DNA of 64,000 nt from positions 1 to 64,000 of the IMG/VR virus record IMGVR_UViG_3300032954_000005; one strand, written 5' to 3'. Under the pieces are notes generated by a model. It did no database searches. It saw only the letters and a program-made list of their open reading frames with translations, and had not been told where the DNA came from. The stretch is from a virus. Positions 19,589 to 28,893 of the stretch are shown here, one piece after another (position 1 is the first letter of the stretch; each line of letters begins with the position of its first letter). A program made the position numbers and the translations under genes.

Positions 19589-19920
19589 ACGTCGAGCTGT
19601 CGTCGGCGCTCGACGAGCTGGTGTATGAGTACAATAAGATCTACCTCGAGCGCGCCCGTCGCGCGATCGCTGCTAACACCCCCGCCGAGCTTGAGGAGGC
19701 GAAGCTGCGCCTTCGCCGCCCGACGCGCCTCTCGGTCGCGCTTGGGCTCCTCGCCCACGCCCTTCGGCGCGATGGGCTCACACCCGCGCGGATGGCTGAG
19801 CTCCTGGCCGACGCCCCGCCCCCCGCGCGCCCTGACCTTAAGCGACGAGCGGAGTTTCACGCTACGACCGCCGTCATGTGTAAACCCCGCCGCGCGCGCC
19901 GTCCACGCGCCGCCGCGTAG
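19555..19920 (+). CDS. Hypothetical basic protein
   Basis: 121 aa ORF directly before the primase gene. Confidence 0.55.
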   Translation: MPVVNWINLPLNVELSSALDELVYEYNKIYLERARRAIAANTPAELEEAKLRLRRPTRLSVALGLLAHALRRDGLTPARMAELLADAPPPARPDLKRRAEFHATTAVMCKPRRARRPRAAA

Positions 19921-19926
19921 GCGCCC

Positions 19927-22032
19927 GTGGCCAGGCGGTCCCCAGCACCGAACGCTGCTCCCGACGTGCACGCGCTCGCGCGGAAAAAGCTCGCCGCCTC
20001 GGGGCTTGACGCGCGCGACGCGCGCCTCCTCAGGGTCGAGGCGTGCTCCGCTGATGTGCTCGACAGGCGCCTGAACGCCGCGCACGGGCGCGCCGGGCTC
20101 TGGCTTCCTTACTTCGAGCTCGACGGGAAGGTGAACTGCTTCGGGCGCGCGCGCTTTCTCGAGCCCCCGCCTGGGTTCGCGGGGCTCGTCGAGAAGCCCC
20201 AGAAGTACGCGCAGCGCGCGGGAACGACCAACCACTTCTACCTTCCGCCCTTCGCCGACTGGCGAAAGATCGCGAAGGACGTCGAGACCCCCGTCATCTT
20301 TACCGAGGGGGAGCTAAAGGCCGCCGCCGCGTCGAAGGCGCAGCTCCCGGCGATCGGGCTCGGGGGCGTGTACAGCTTTTTGTCGAAGGGCAGGCTTCTC
20401 GACGACTTCAAGTGGTTCGAGTGGCGGGGGCGCGCCGCCTACGTCGTGTTCGACTCCGACGCTGCGCTGAAACCCCAGGTGCTCCAGGCGGAGAACGCCC
20501 TCGCCGAGAAGCTTCTCGAGCTCGAGGCGCGCCCCTACGTCCTGCGCCTGCCGGGCGACCCTGACAACGAACAGGAAAAGGTCGGGCTCGACGACTACCT
20601 CGTCGTTCACGGGGCGGACCGTTTCTTCAAGCTCCTGACAGAGTCGTCGATCCTCTACGAGGGGGCGCGTGAGCTTTTTCAGCTGAACGCCGAGGTGCTG
20701 GTGATTCGCAACCCGGCCTGCGTCCTCGAGCTCGTGACCGACCACCGGCTCTCGGTGTACGAGTTTACGCGCCTGAACTACGCCAACCGGCGGTACCTGA
20801 AGCCCACGGGAAACGCGAAGAAGGGTGCGGCCCAGTACCAGGAGGTGTCCGCCCCCGACGCGTGGCTCCAGTGGCCGGGGCGCAGCGAGGTGCGAAACTG
20901 CGTGTACAAGCCCGGGGAGCAGCGCATCATCGGGCGATCGTTAAACCTGTGGCGCGGGTACGGGGTTGAGCCAAAGAAGGGAGATGTCGGGCCCTGGCGC
21001 GAGCTCCTCGACGTCCTGTTTTGCCCGGACGAGGCGGCGTCGCGCGAGTACTTCGAGCGGTGGCTCGCGTATCCGCTCCAGCACCCGGGGACGAAGCTGA
21101 CGGTCGCCGTCATGGTCTGGGGCGCCGACACCGGGACGGGGAAGTCGATGGTCGGCGAGACGATGAAGCGGATCTACGGTGCGAACTACGCGATGATCGG
21201 CTCCCAGCAGCTTCACTCCTCGTTCAACGAGTGGGCGGAGGCGAAGCAGTTCATCATGGTCGAGGAGCTCGAATCGTCGGAGAACAAGCGCTCGGTCGCC
21301 GACCGGTTTAAGACCATGATCACGCAGCGCGAGGTGCGGATCGAGCGCAAGTATATCTCGTCGTACGTCCTGCCCGACTACACCAACTACTACTTTACGT
21401 CGAACCACGCCGACAGCCTGTTCATCGAGGATAAGGACCGTCGTTACTTTATCCACGAGGCCTCGCAGCCGCCCGCCCCCGCGAAGTTTTATGACGCGTA
21501 CGTGCGCTGGCTCGACGAGGAGGGCGCTGCCGCGCTCTTCGACTACCTTCTTCGGCTCGACCTGAAGGGGTTTAACCCGTTTGGGCACGCCCCCGAGACG
21601 CGCGCGAAGCTTGACATGCGCGACATCGGGCGCTCGGACCTCGCCGCCTGGGTCGCGACGCTGCGTGAGGCCCCGGAGACGGTGCTCACCGCGGCGGGTA
21701 AGCCCGCCGACTTTGACCTCTGGACGATCGAGGAGCTCCTGCAGGCGTACGACCCGCTTGGCGCGTCGCGCGTGACCGTGAACGGGCTCGCCCGCGCGCT
21801 GCGCAAGGGCGGCTTTCGCAAGGTGTACGGCGGGAACATCCTGCCCGGCCTCGGGCGCCGGGTCTGGGCCATCCGCCACGAGGAGAAGTATGCGGCTCAC
21901 GCCGGGTACCAGGAGCTGTACCGGGCGTACTGCGCGCCGCGCGGGATCCAGCCCGTGAACTTCAACACCGCGCGCGCGGCGCTGGCCGAGCAGCGGCGGC
22001 GTAAGCATGAGAGCGCGAGGGGAGAAAAGTGA
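19927..22032 (+). CDS. Primase-helicase (Toprim DUF3854-like plus D5/SF3 NTPase)
   Basis: Toprim motifs TEGELKA, VFDSD, GLDDYL; Walker A GADTGTGKS; FTSNH; DRRYF. Confidence 0.9.
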   Translation: MARRSPAPNAAPDVHALARKKLAASGLDARDARLLRVEACSADVLDRRLNAAHGRAGLWLPYFELDGKVNCFGRARFLEPPPGFAGLVEKPQKYAQRAGTTNHFYLPPFADWRKIAKDVETPVIFTEGELKAAAASKAQLPAIGLGGVYSFLSKGRLLDDFKWFEWRGRAAYVVFDSDAALKPQVLQAENALAEKLLELEARPYVLRLPGDPDNEQEKVGLDDYLVVHGADRFFKLLTESSILYEGARELFQLNAEVLVIRNPACVLELVTDHRLSVYEFTRLNYANRRYLKPTGNAKKGAAQYQEVSAPDAWLQWPGRSEVRNCVYKPGEQRIIGRSLNLWRGYGVEPKKGDVGPWRELLDVLFCPDEAASREYFERWLAYPLQHPGTKLTVAVMVWGADTGTGKSMVGETMKRIYGANYAMIGSQQLHSSFNEWAEAKQFIMVEELESSENKRSVADRFKTMITQREVRIERKYISSYVLPDYTNYYFTSNHADSLFIEDKDRRYFIHEASQPPAPAKFYDAYVRWLDEEGAAALFDYLLRLDLKGFNPFGHAPETRAKLDMRDIGRSDLAAWVATLREAPETVLTAAGKPADFDLWTIEELLQAYDPLGASRVTVNGLARALRKGGFRKVYGGNILPGLGRRVWAIRHEEKYAAHAGYQELYRAYCAPRGIQPVNFNTARAALAEQRRRKHESARGEK

Positions 22033-22253
22033 TGGACGATATCAGGGTAAACGTGGAAACGCGCGTAAGCCCTCTACCGGGGTGGGTGAATAAGCGGGTG
22101 CGGGTCGAGGGGCACTGGTTGGGTGACTTTGAGGGAACGCTCGCCGAGGCGGGGCGCGCGCTCGCGATCGTTCGCAACGGCGAGGGCGTGGCGCGTGAGG
22201 TGTGCTACCTTCGCGGGGTCACGTTCACCTTTCTCGAAAGGAGCATGCTATGA
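22029..22253 (+). CDS. Hypothetical protein
   Basis: 74 aa, coupled to the primase stop. Confidence 0.5.
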   Translation: MMDDIRVNVETRVSPLPGWVNKRVRVEGHWLGDFEGTLAEAGRALAIVRNGEGVAREVCYLRGVTFTFLERSML

Positions 22254-22453
22254 TCAACGCCCTGGGCTACGTCATCAAGTGTCAGAACCGGATCGAGCTC
22301 GGGAACGGCGCGACGACGACCTGCACCCTCGACGAGGGGCACGCCGGCGCGTGCGCGCCCCCGCGCCCGCCCTGCGACCTCTGCCTCAGGCTCGTCGAGT
22401 ACTGGCGGGAGCACGACGCGCGTGAGAAGAAGAAAATGGAGGCGCAACCGTGA
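22250..22453 (+). CDS. Small Cys/His-rich protein
   Basis: AGGAG RBS, ATG 22250, CTLDEGHAGAC motif. Confidence 0.5.
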   Translation: MINALGYVIKCQNRIELGNGATTTCTLDEGHAGACAPPRPPCDLCLRLVEYWREHDAREKKKMEAQP

Positions 22454-22995
22454 GGCCGCTTTTCGTATTGTTGCTGCTGGTGGGCTGCGCGACGGCCCAG
22501 GACGACGCTCCGCCGATGACCCGCCTAACGCTCTTTCCCAACGTTTTACGTTCCCAGGGCACGAAGGAGCTGTACGTCAACGACGTTGACTGCTCAAAGG
22601 ATTGGGCGTACTGCGAGGAGCAGCTAAAGAGCCTCATGGCTGCGCCTACGCCCGCGGCGTCGCAGTGTTCCGCCGATATGCCTCATTGCGTGATTGGCGA
22701 CCCGGCACCGTGGCTCTATGTGCCGCAGCAGTGGGATACCCCGTTCACTTGTACCTATGTGCTCCAAACCCATACGTTTCAAGCCGACCTGAAGGCTCCC
22801 GCGCCTGAGCCGTTCGACGTGCCGGCGGTTGGACATCCTGACCCATGTGGGCCTAACCCCGCTCACAGGAACACAACTGCGGACTTTTGTAATTCAAGAA
22901 CGCCGCTGTGGACTTGTGCCGACCCGCTCCGCATCCTGTTAACGAGCGAAGATGGCAAGCATCACTGCTATGCCTTTTGGATGGTGAAACCATGA
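22450..22995 (+). CDS. Exported Cys-rich protein (signal peptide, possible lipoprotein)
   Basis: MRPLFVLLLLVGCATAQ. Confidence 0.6.
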   Translation: MRPLFVLLLLVGCATAQDDAPPMTRLTLFPNVLRSQGTKELYVNDVDCSKDWAYCEEQLKSLMAAPTPAASQCSADMPHCVIGDPAPWLYVPQQWDTPFTCTYVLQTHTFQADLKAPAPEPFDVPAVGHPDPCGPNPAHRNTTADFCNSRTPLWTCADPLRILLTSEDGKHHCYAFWMVKP

Positions 22996-23210
22996 AAACC
23001 GCTGTCTATGTTTTGGGGTTGTTACTTGCCTACCTGTATGTCATCAACGGGCAAGCCTACATTGCGTACCTCTGGCCTTCTCGCTCAGGAGAATGGGACG
23101 CAGGAGTTACTTACAAAGTAGTCATAACTTACGTCGAGGGCGGTGAGCATACTTTTGCCGCTACCAAGATTCGTCCGCCTTTTCGATTCGTGCCGAGGAT
23201 GAAACCATGA
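22992..23210 (+). CDS. Small membrane/exported protein
   Basis: MKTAVYVLGLLLAYLYVING; ATGA coupling. Confidence 0.5.
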   Translation: MKTAVYVLGLLLAYLYVINGQAYIAYLWPSRSGEWDAGVTYKVVITYVEGGEHTFAATKIRPPFRFVPRMKP

Positions 23211-23512
23211 GCGCCCTATTATGGCTTCTCTTCGGAATAGGATCAGGCCCGATGCCGCCTCCACCACAGGGACAACACCAAATCTTACTGATAGACAAAA
23301 CTTTATTTTTTACTGCAGATGGGACATTAGTATCTCCGCTGCACAATGCTGCTTGCATGATGCGGCATATTACGCTTCCATCCACGTATCCCCAAACTCC
23401 ACCAGTATCTTACATAGTGCTGACATGCAAAACAGCCAAAGCCGTTTGCCAAACACTATTAGGGCAGCCTTGCAGGTGGACTTATTATGCGGAGGTTCGC
23501 AATGAGCGATAG
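23207..23512 (+). CDS. Exported hypothetical protein
   Basis: MSALLWLLFGIGSGP; N-terminus paralogous to the ORF at 25561. Confidence 0.55.
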   Translation: MSALLWLLFGIGSGPMPPPPQGQHQILLIDKTLFFTADGTLVSPLHNAACMMRHITLPSTYPQTPPVSYIVLTCKTAKAVCQTLLGQPCRWTYYAEVRNER

Positions 23513-23650
23513 CCCCGCACTCATCTGCTTAACCTGTAAAGAGCACAAGCCACGATTGCTGTTATGCCAACAATGCAGCAAGGGCTTGTGCGAGAACTGC
23601 TATTACAGGCACAGCGCCTGTGAAGTTACTGGCGAAAGGAAGAGATGCAA

Positions 23651-24367
23651 ATGAGCGATAAGCACCAACTTGCAGTGAAATATGCCGAGTCTATAGCTGG
23701 TAAAATCACTACCCTTGACGTACTCACAGACCTATTTGAGCGAGCCATCGACGAGGCGGAGGGCACAATGAGCGATAGCCTATGGGAACTAGCGGCTTGC
23801 GGCAGACATGCTGATCGTTATGGAGAAGAAAATTGGGGGTGGGATATAACGTGTCGGCACTGCCAACGTAACTATACTAACCTATCTGAACACGCCGCCG
23901 CCGAGGTCTCACGCGCAACCGAAGGGCTGCAAGCGGAAATACTCAAGCGTGGGAATCAGTGCGCCGTTTCAATCACAGGCTTTCCCGAAGATGCCAACAT
24001 AGCAGACATTAAGACGGCTCTTGCCGCAATAGACGCTGCTTTGCAGCTTGGCATAGAACGTAACAACGAACGAAACCAGTTGCAAGCGGAGTGCGAGAGG
24101 CTGCGGGAGAAGCTACAGTTTCTCAGCCTTCACGCAAGGATGTTATTGAATAAGTTAGAGGAGCACAAAGACCATCGGCACCTAGAAGAAGGTGCGTTAT
24201 GGCAAGCTGTGAAAATGATTGACGCTGCGCTCTCGGAGCCAGCCCCGGCCAAACCTCCCTGCTGGTTTATGAACCATGAGGAGAGTCTGAAGCCCGAGAT
24301 ACAGGTATGCCCATTTTGCAACAAGCCACGGTCGGAGTGGGAGCCAGCCCCAAAGGAGAAACCATGA
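23651..24367 (+). CDS. Hypothetical mosaic protein with coiled coil and CxxC motifs
   Basis: Long ORF in a lower-GC island. Confidence 0.55.
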   Translation: MSDKHQLAVKYAESIAGKITTLDVLTDLFERAIDEAEGTMSDSLWELAACGRHADRYGEENWGWDITCRHCQRNYTNLSEHAAAEVSRATEGLQAEILKRGNQCAVSITGFPEDANIADIKTALAAIDAALQLGIERNNERNQLQAECERLREKLQFLSLHARMLLNKLEEHKDHRHLEEGALWQAVKMIDAALSEPAPAKPPCWFMNHEESLKPEIQVCPFCNKPRSEWEPAPKEKP

Positions 24368-24771
24368 GTGACGGTATGAGCGACAACTGTGGGATGAGGT
24401 CAGAAGCATCTGCCAACAACTACGCTGACCCTACACCCCAGCAGCAGATGGAAGCGAGAGCGCGGGACTGCCTTACTAAATTGCAGCAGCAGTTTGGTTC
24501 CTCAACCGCTCCACGTGGGCTAGTCGTTAGGGCGGAGAATGTAGTAACAGCAATGTGTACCTTCGCCCTGCGCGAGATCGAGGCACAGAACAGGCAGGAA
24601 GCAACCCGATGTGACCGCCATTGGCTTTCTGGTCTCCGGTATGGTTGGAATATGGGCCAACTCAACGACCGGGCCGCATACATTGAAGCGCAGGAGTGTA
24701 GAGAGCGTGAAATCAGGGCATCGCATCCTAACCCCAGCCCCCCAGGGAGGGAAAATGAAAGTGATAGTTGA
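24364..24771 (+). CDS. Hypothetical protein
   Basis: AAGGAG RBS and ATGA coupling at 24364. Confidence 0.55.
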   Translation: MSDGMSDNCGMRSEASANNYADPTPQQQMEARARDCLTKLQQQFGSSTAPRGLVVRAENVVTAMCTFALREIEAQNRQEATRCDRHWLSGLRYGWNMGQLNDRAAYIEAQECREREIRASHPNPSPPGRENESDS

Positions 24772-25171
24772 ATTTAATGTACCAAATGGTGTTCCGTTTC
24801 GCAGTGAAGATGCCGAGGATGAGTTTTTGGAGCACGTGGCCGAAGCATCAGAGGGCTGCTTTATGGAATACGAGACGGGAGTTCCACACTTGGTCGAAGC
24901 CCAAATATTATCTATCAAGTGTGAACCAAAAGCTAACCTGCGTCTGGATGAGCAACGCTTGTTAATGGAAGCTCAAGCATCCGTGCGCGACAAGAGCAAG
25001 TCTGTAAATCCATACGATGTTATTGACGTGCTCTCTCGTCTCTCAGAGTTGCGGGAACGCGACAAGGATAAGCGCGAGTTCGCAGCGGAGCAACTGAAGG
25101 AGTTGGCGGCTGACGCCACACGCGACTATGCTAGGGTTCTCCGCGCCCGCGCCGAGGAACTACTGAAGTGA
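24755..25171 (+). CDS. Hypothetical protein
   Basis: GGAGG RBS, ATG 24755. Confidence 0.55.
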   Translation: MKVIVEFNVPNGVPFRSEDAEDEFLEHVAEASEGCFMEYETGVPHLVEAQILSIKCEPKANLRLDEQRLLMEAQASVRDKSKSVNPYDVIDVLSRLSELRERDKDKREFAAEQLKELAADATRDYARVLRARAEELLK

Positions 25172-25560
25172 CGCGCGCACCTGCGCACGGAAGGGGGTGA
25201 ACAAACTGAAGATGGAAACTCCAGATATACGCGCAATACGTGTAAGTCGAGCGTCCCAGTACCCGGCCCCATGATCGGCGGCGTCGTGGGCAGCGGGAGA
25301 CAAGAGCCGCCAAACTGAAAGGAGCCATACATTTTCTCCCCCGCACAGATGCCAGGCCGGCCTAGTTCCAACTCGAACCTGTATCGTGAGATCGTGGCGA
25401 TCGTAAAAGCCACGGGATCTCACAAGATGCGCTTTCTCACACCTGAGGAGCGCATGAGATTCCATTGGAATTTCGCGCGGGTGGCCCGCGAAAACGGACT
25501 GAAGGCATTCTGGCGGGGGCTATGGTTGACGGTGTACGAGAGAAAGTCGAAGGGGATGCC

Positions 25561-25830
25561 ATGACAATTCTACTCTGGCTGTTATTCGGAATCGGCGCGG
25601 GCCCGACGTTACCGATGCCGAAGATTGAAGCGCCTGGGCCTCCGGTCACGGCTGCGCTCTATGCTTCATTCATTCGCGCTCGGGCGACAGCTATTCAGGA
25701 CGGTTGGCCTGTTGTTTCATGGGAAGCCAGTGCAGACGGGAAACATTGGGAAACAATCAGGAACTTGCCGCCGCCAGTATGGCTGAAATCGGCAGCACTG
25801 GCTGAGGCCATGCGGAAAGGGAAGAAATGA
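25561..25830 (+). CDS. Exported hypothetical protein
   Basis: MTILLWLLFGIGAGP. Confidence 0.55.
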   Translation: MTILLWLLFGIGAGPTLPMPKIEAPGPPVTAALYASFIRARATAIQDGWPVVSWEASADGKHWETIRNLPPPVWLKSAALAEAMRKGKK

Positions 25831-26076
25831 GCTTGGCGGAAGAAGTTGCAAAGCTGGCATTCCAGCAAGGCGATACTTGGCGGCAAATGGTCATGTGGGC
25901 AGTTGACGAGACTCTGGAACGCGCTGCGCAGGAGTGGCGACAAGTTCGCAACCGAACCGCATGAGACGGCGATGCAGATCGGCGGTGACGTTTGTGCTCA
26001 ACGTGTTCGCGCACTGAAGAGCCGCGCAAACGAAAGAGCTAACCAAGAGATTCGCGCCCTGAAGAGCAAGCCATGA
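25827..26076 (+). pseudogene. Small ORF with an apparent +1 frameshift near 25936
   Basis: MSLAEEVAKLAF...LERAAQE continues as CDKFATE...CAQRVRALK if one G is removed from GAGTGGCGAC. Confidence 0.4.
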
Positions 26077-26307
26077 GCGCACACATGGACATGTTATGAA
26101 CGCTGAAGAATGCCGGGATGAACGAGATTCTTTTGACTATCTCCGTAAAGAGGCAGTTGAACCTATTGAACTGCTGATGAAGCTGCGCGCGGAGGCGACG
26201 AAATGAGAATGAAGCGGTACTGGCCCGAGCCGCTTCTCCACGAGGAGTGGGAGGACGACGTGGCGTATTATTGGAACAACTACTGGTGCTGGTGAGGGGA
26301 GAAAAAA

Positions 26308-26637
26308 ATGGACACGAATCAATGGTACTTGGCGAACGAGGCGCGGTTCAGCGTCTACGACGCCGAGGGGAACTTCAAGAGCTTCGACGCGCAGGCGATG
26401 CTTCAGGCCTTCGCCGACGCGCTGCGCGCCGAGAAAAAACTAGCAACCTATCAAGTGCTGACCCACGAGTCGGCGGGGCGCCTGGAGCTGATGGTTAACG
26501 CCCACGCCGCTGATGGCTGGCGCCTCGTTAAGGGGGGAACGTACGGCCTCCAGTGCCTCAGGTCAAACGCGTTCGACCCGAAGCTCGTGACCCAGGTGAT
26601 CGAGCACGTGGCGTGGCTGGAGCGGGAGGTTGAGTGA
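26308..26637 (+). CDS. Hypothetical protein
   Basis: 109 aa ORF with RBS. Confidence 0.55.
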   Translation: MDTNQWYLANEARFSVYDAEGNFKSFDAQAMLQAFADALRAEKKLATYQVLTHESAGRLELMVNAHAADGWRLVKGGTYGLQCLRSNAFDPKLVTQVIEHVAWLEREVE

Positions 26638-26948
26638 CCCTCTATGCGATCCTTGAGCTTCCCCCGGGGGCGACGCGCGAGGAGCTCCACGCGCGGTGGA
26701 AAAGCCTAAGCGGCCTTTGGCACCCCGACCGCGCCGACGGAGGGGACGTCGAGCGGTACAAGGAGCTCCAGGAGGCGTACGCCGTCCTAAAAAACGACGA
26801 GGCGCGCGCGGTGTACGATCGCCGCCTGCGGATGGACGGCGCGAACTGCCCGGCGTGCGCGGGTGCGGGCCGCGTCCAGCGGACGCTGTCCTTCACCCGC
26901 GTGGAGAACGTCGCTTGTGCTGCGTGCGCGGGCACCGGACGAAGATGA
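26634..26948 (+). CDS. J-domain protein with mini zinc finger
   Basis: TLYAILEL...WHPDR...ELQEAYAVL...R..YD; two CxxCxGxG repeats. Confidence 0.85.
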   Translation: MTLYAILELPPGATREELHARWKSLSGLWHPDRADGGDVERYKELQEAYAVLKNDEARAVYDRRLRMDGANCPACAGAGRVQRTLSFTRVENVACAACAGTGRR

Positions 26949-27386
26949 ACGCGCGCATTCTCGCGATCGCGCACTGCGTGGAGATGATGACGTGGGCGAT
27001 CGAAATGCAGAACGAGCACCGCGCGCTCATCGCCGTCGTGGGAGAGCTCGACTGGTACTTTGAGCTTCATGACTTGCTGTACGAGGAGGTAAAAATTATG
27101 CCGCAGCAAACTGAAGACTTTATCTGCGCGTACTGCGCCGCTGCGTGCCGCGTTACGCGCCTGCTCTCGCTCGAGCTGTACCTCGAGCACCTTGACGTGG
27201 CGCACCCGGAAGAAGCGCAGCTGCCCACTTCCCTGCTGGTGCTCTTCGAGCGCGACGCCAGTTGGCACGAGCGCTGGCGCCGTCACCGCGAGCGCCACCA
27301 CTACGTTCACCACACGTTCCCCGCGCGGTTAGCTATCGCGTGGGGGAAACCGCAACCTTTAACCCGTACCTCCTAGGAGAAGTAAA

Positions 27387-27716
27387 ATGTTTAACCTGAA
27401 CCTTGGGTTCACCGTCGCGGCCACGGACAACGTGGTCGATAAGAACAACAACCTCGTCCTGAACGCGACGCAGACCGGGCAGGCGTGGTCGGTCGCCGAC
27501 CCGTCGATCGCGACCGTCGTCACCAACCCCGACGGAAGCGCGACCTTCACCCCCGTGGCGGTGGGCTCCACCACCGCGTCGGTTACCGCGACCGTCACCG
27601 CCCCGGGCTTCGGGCCCACGCAGCTGTCGGGGTCTGACACGCTGAACGTCGTCGACACCCCCGCGGGCCTCCAGATCGTGTGGGGCGCGCAAACGCAGAC
27701 GGCGAAGAAGGCCTAG
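27387..27716 (+). CDS. Ig-like (Big_2-type) domain protein
   Basis: WSVADPSIATV....G.......VGSTTASVT motif; AGGAG RBS. Confidence 0.7.
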   Translation: MFNLNLGFTVAATDNVVDKNNNLVLNATQTGQAWSVADPSIATVVTNPDGSATFTPVAVGSTTASVTATVTAPGFGPTQLSGSDTLNVVDTPAGLQIVWGAQTQTAKKA

Positions 27717-27736
27717 CTTTTTCTACCTTTAACCTA

Positions 27737-27766
27737 GCGCGGAGCCTTCAAAAAGAGGTTCCGCGC
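27737..27766 (+). terminator. Hairpin (probable terminator)
   Basis: GCGCGGAGCC-loop-GGTTCCGCGC after the Ig-like gene, followed by AT-rich sequence. Confidence 0.5.
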
Positions 27767-27783
27767 GACAAATTAAATTTTTA

Positions 27784-27812
27784 TTTACAAAGTTATTCGG
27801 CCGAATTATAAT
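27784..27812 (+). promoter_or_regulatory. Near-consensus sigma70 promoter
   Basis: TTTACA-17 bp-TATAAT with AT-rich upstream element. Confidence 0.75.
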
Positions 27813-28182
27813 TGACGTCGAAGCTTAAACTAAAGAAAACGAGGACAAACCTACCTTTGAAGCTCAAGCCCCACGCCTTCGTGGCGGCTCTCTTCCGCGG
27901 GGGCTGCGACCGCTGCGGGCGCCCGCCTGACGACCTCGCGCACGCCGGCGAGCTGCGCGTGATCGCGCCCGTGTATGCCCTCGAGACCGTGCGCTACGGG
28001 ACGGCGAAGGCGCCCGGGAACGTCGCGTGGGTAGAGGGCACGGAGCTTACGCTGGTGGTGGGAATGAATGGCACCAAGTACGTGTACCTGGGGCGCGTGA
28101 CGGAGAAGCAGATCCGCCGAAGCAATCACCTGCGCTACACCTACCACCCCACGCAGGCGATCGAGCTTGACGGAGACTTGAT

Positions 28183-28374
28183 ATGATCATCGTGTTCATC
28201 GCGTTTATGGAAAAGATCAGCGGCCGCGAGATGCTTATCGAACTAGGAAGCATTGAAAGTGTATTTCAAGACGTGACCTGCGTTCTCATAAAGACGAAGT
28301 CCGGTCAAAGCTTTCAGGTCACGAACCCTTACGCTCAGATACTGGAGCGCCTAACCCGAAAAATACCAACGTAG
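28183..28374 (+). CDS. Small hypothetical protein
   Basis: 63 aa, GGAG RBS. Confidence 0.5.
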   Translation: MIIVFIAFMEKISGREMLIELGSIESVFQDVTCVLIKTKSGQSFQVTNPYAQILERLTRKIPT

Positions 28375-28395
28375 TTCTTAAAAGGAGAACATCGT

Positions 28396-28890
28396 ATGAA
28401 GAAGCTACTATCGATAATCGCGGTTACGCTAGCCGTCGCCCTGACGCTCGCCACGTGGACGGCGTGCACGGGGCTCAACGCGAGCAACGCCAAGATCTGG
28501 CTCACGGCGGCGACCAACGCCTTCGTTGCCGGGATGTCACTGTACAACCCGGGCTGGAGCGGGACGGCGATCGTCACCGACGTCAACAACGCCATCGCCG
28601 CGTGGGAGGTCGGCGCGGGCTGGCAGAACAACGTGATCGTGGAGCTGAACCAGGCGCAGAAGGACGTTCTCACCATCCAGGGCTGCAACAGCAAGTGCCA
28701 GGGGCTCACCACCATCTTCCTGGGGTTCATCGAGACGGGGATTCAGCTGGCGCAGCAGTCCTCGAAGTCACCCGTGCCCGCCTCGGCGTCGCGCGTCGCT
28801 CTCCCGGCGGGCACGCACGCCTACGCGAGCTACGATGACTACAAGCGGGAGTGGAACGCTCAGGCGCCGCCCGTGGCGAGGCTGAAGTAA
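28396..28890 (+). CDS. Putative lipoprotein/exported protein
   Basis: MKKLLSIIAVTLAVALTLATWTAC; AAGGAG RBS. Confidence 0.65.
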   Translation: MKKLLSIIAVTLAVALTLATWTACTGLNASNAKIWLTAATNAFVAGMSLYNPGWSGTAIVTDVNNAIAAWEVGAGWQNNVIVELNQAQKDVLTIQGCNSKCQGLTTIFLGFIETGIQLAQQSSKSPVPASASRVALPAGTHAYASYDDYKREWNAQAPPVARLK

Positions 28891-28893
28891 GCC

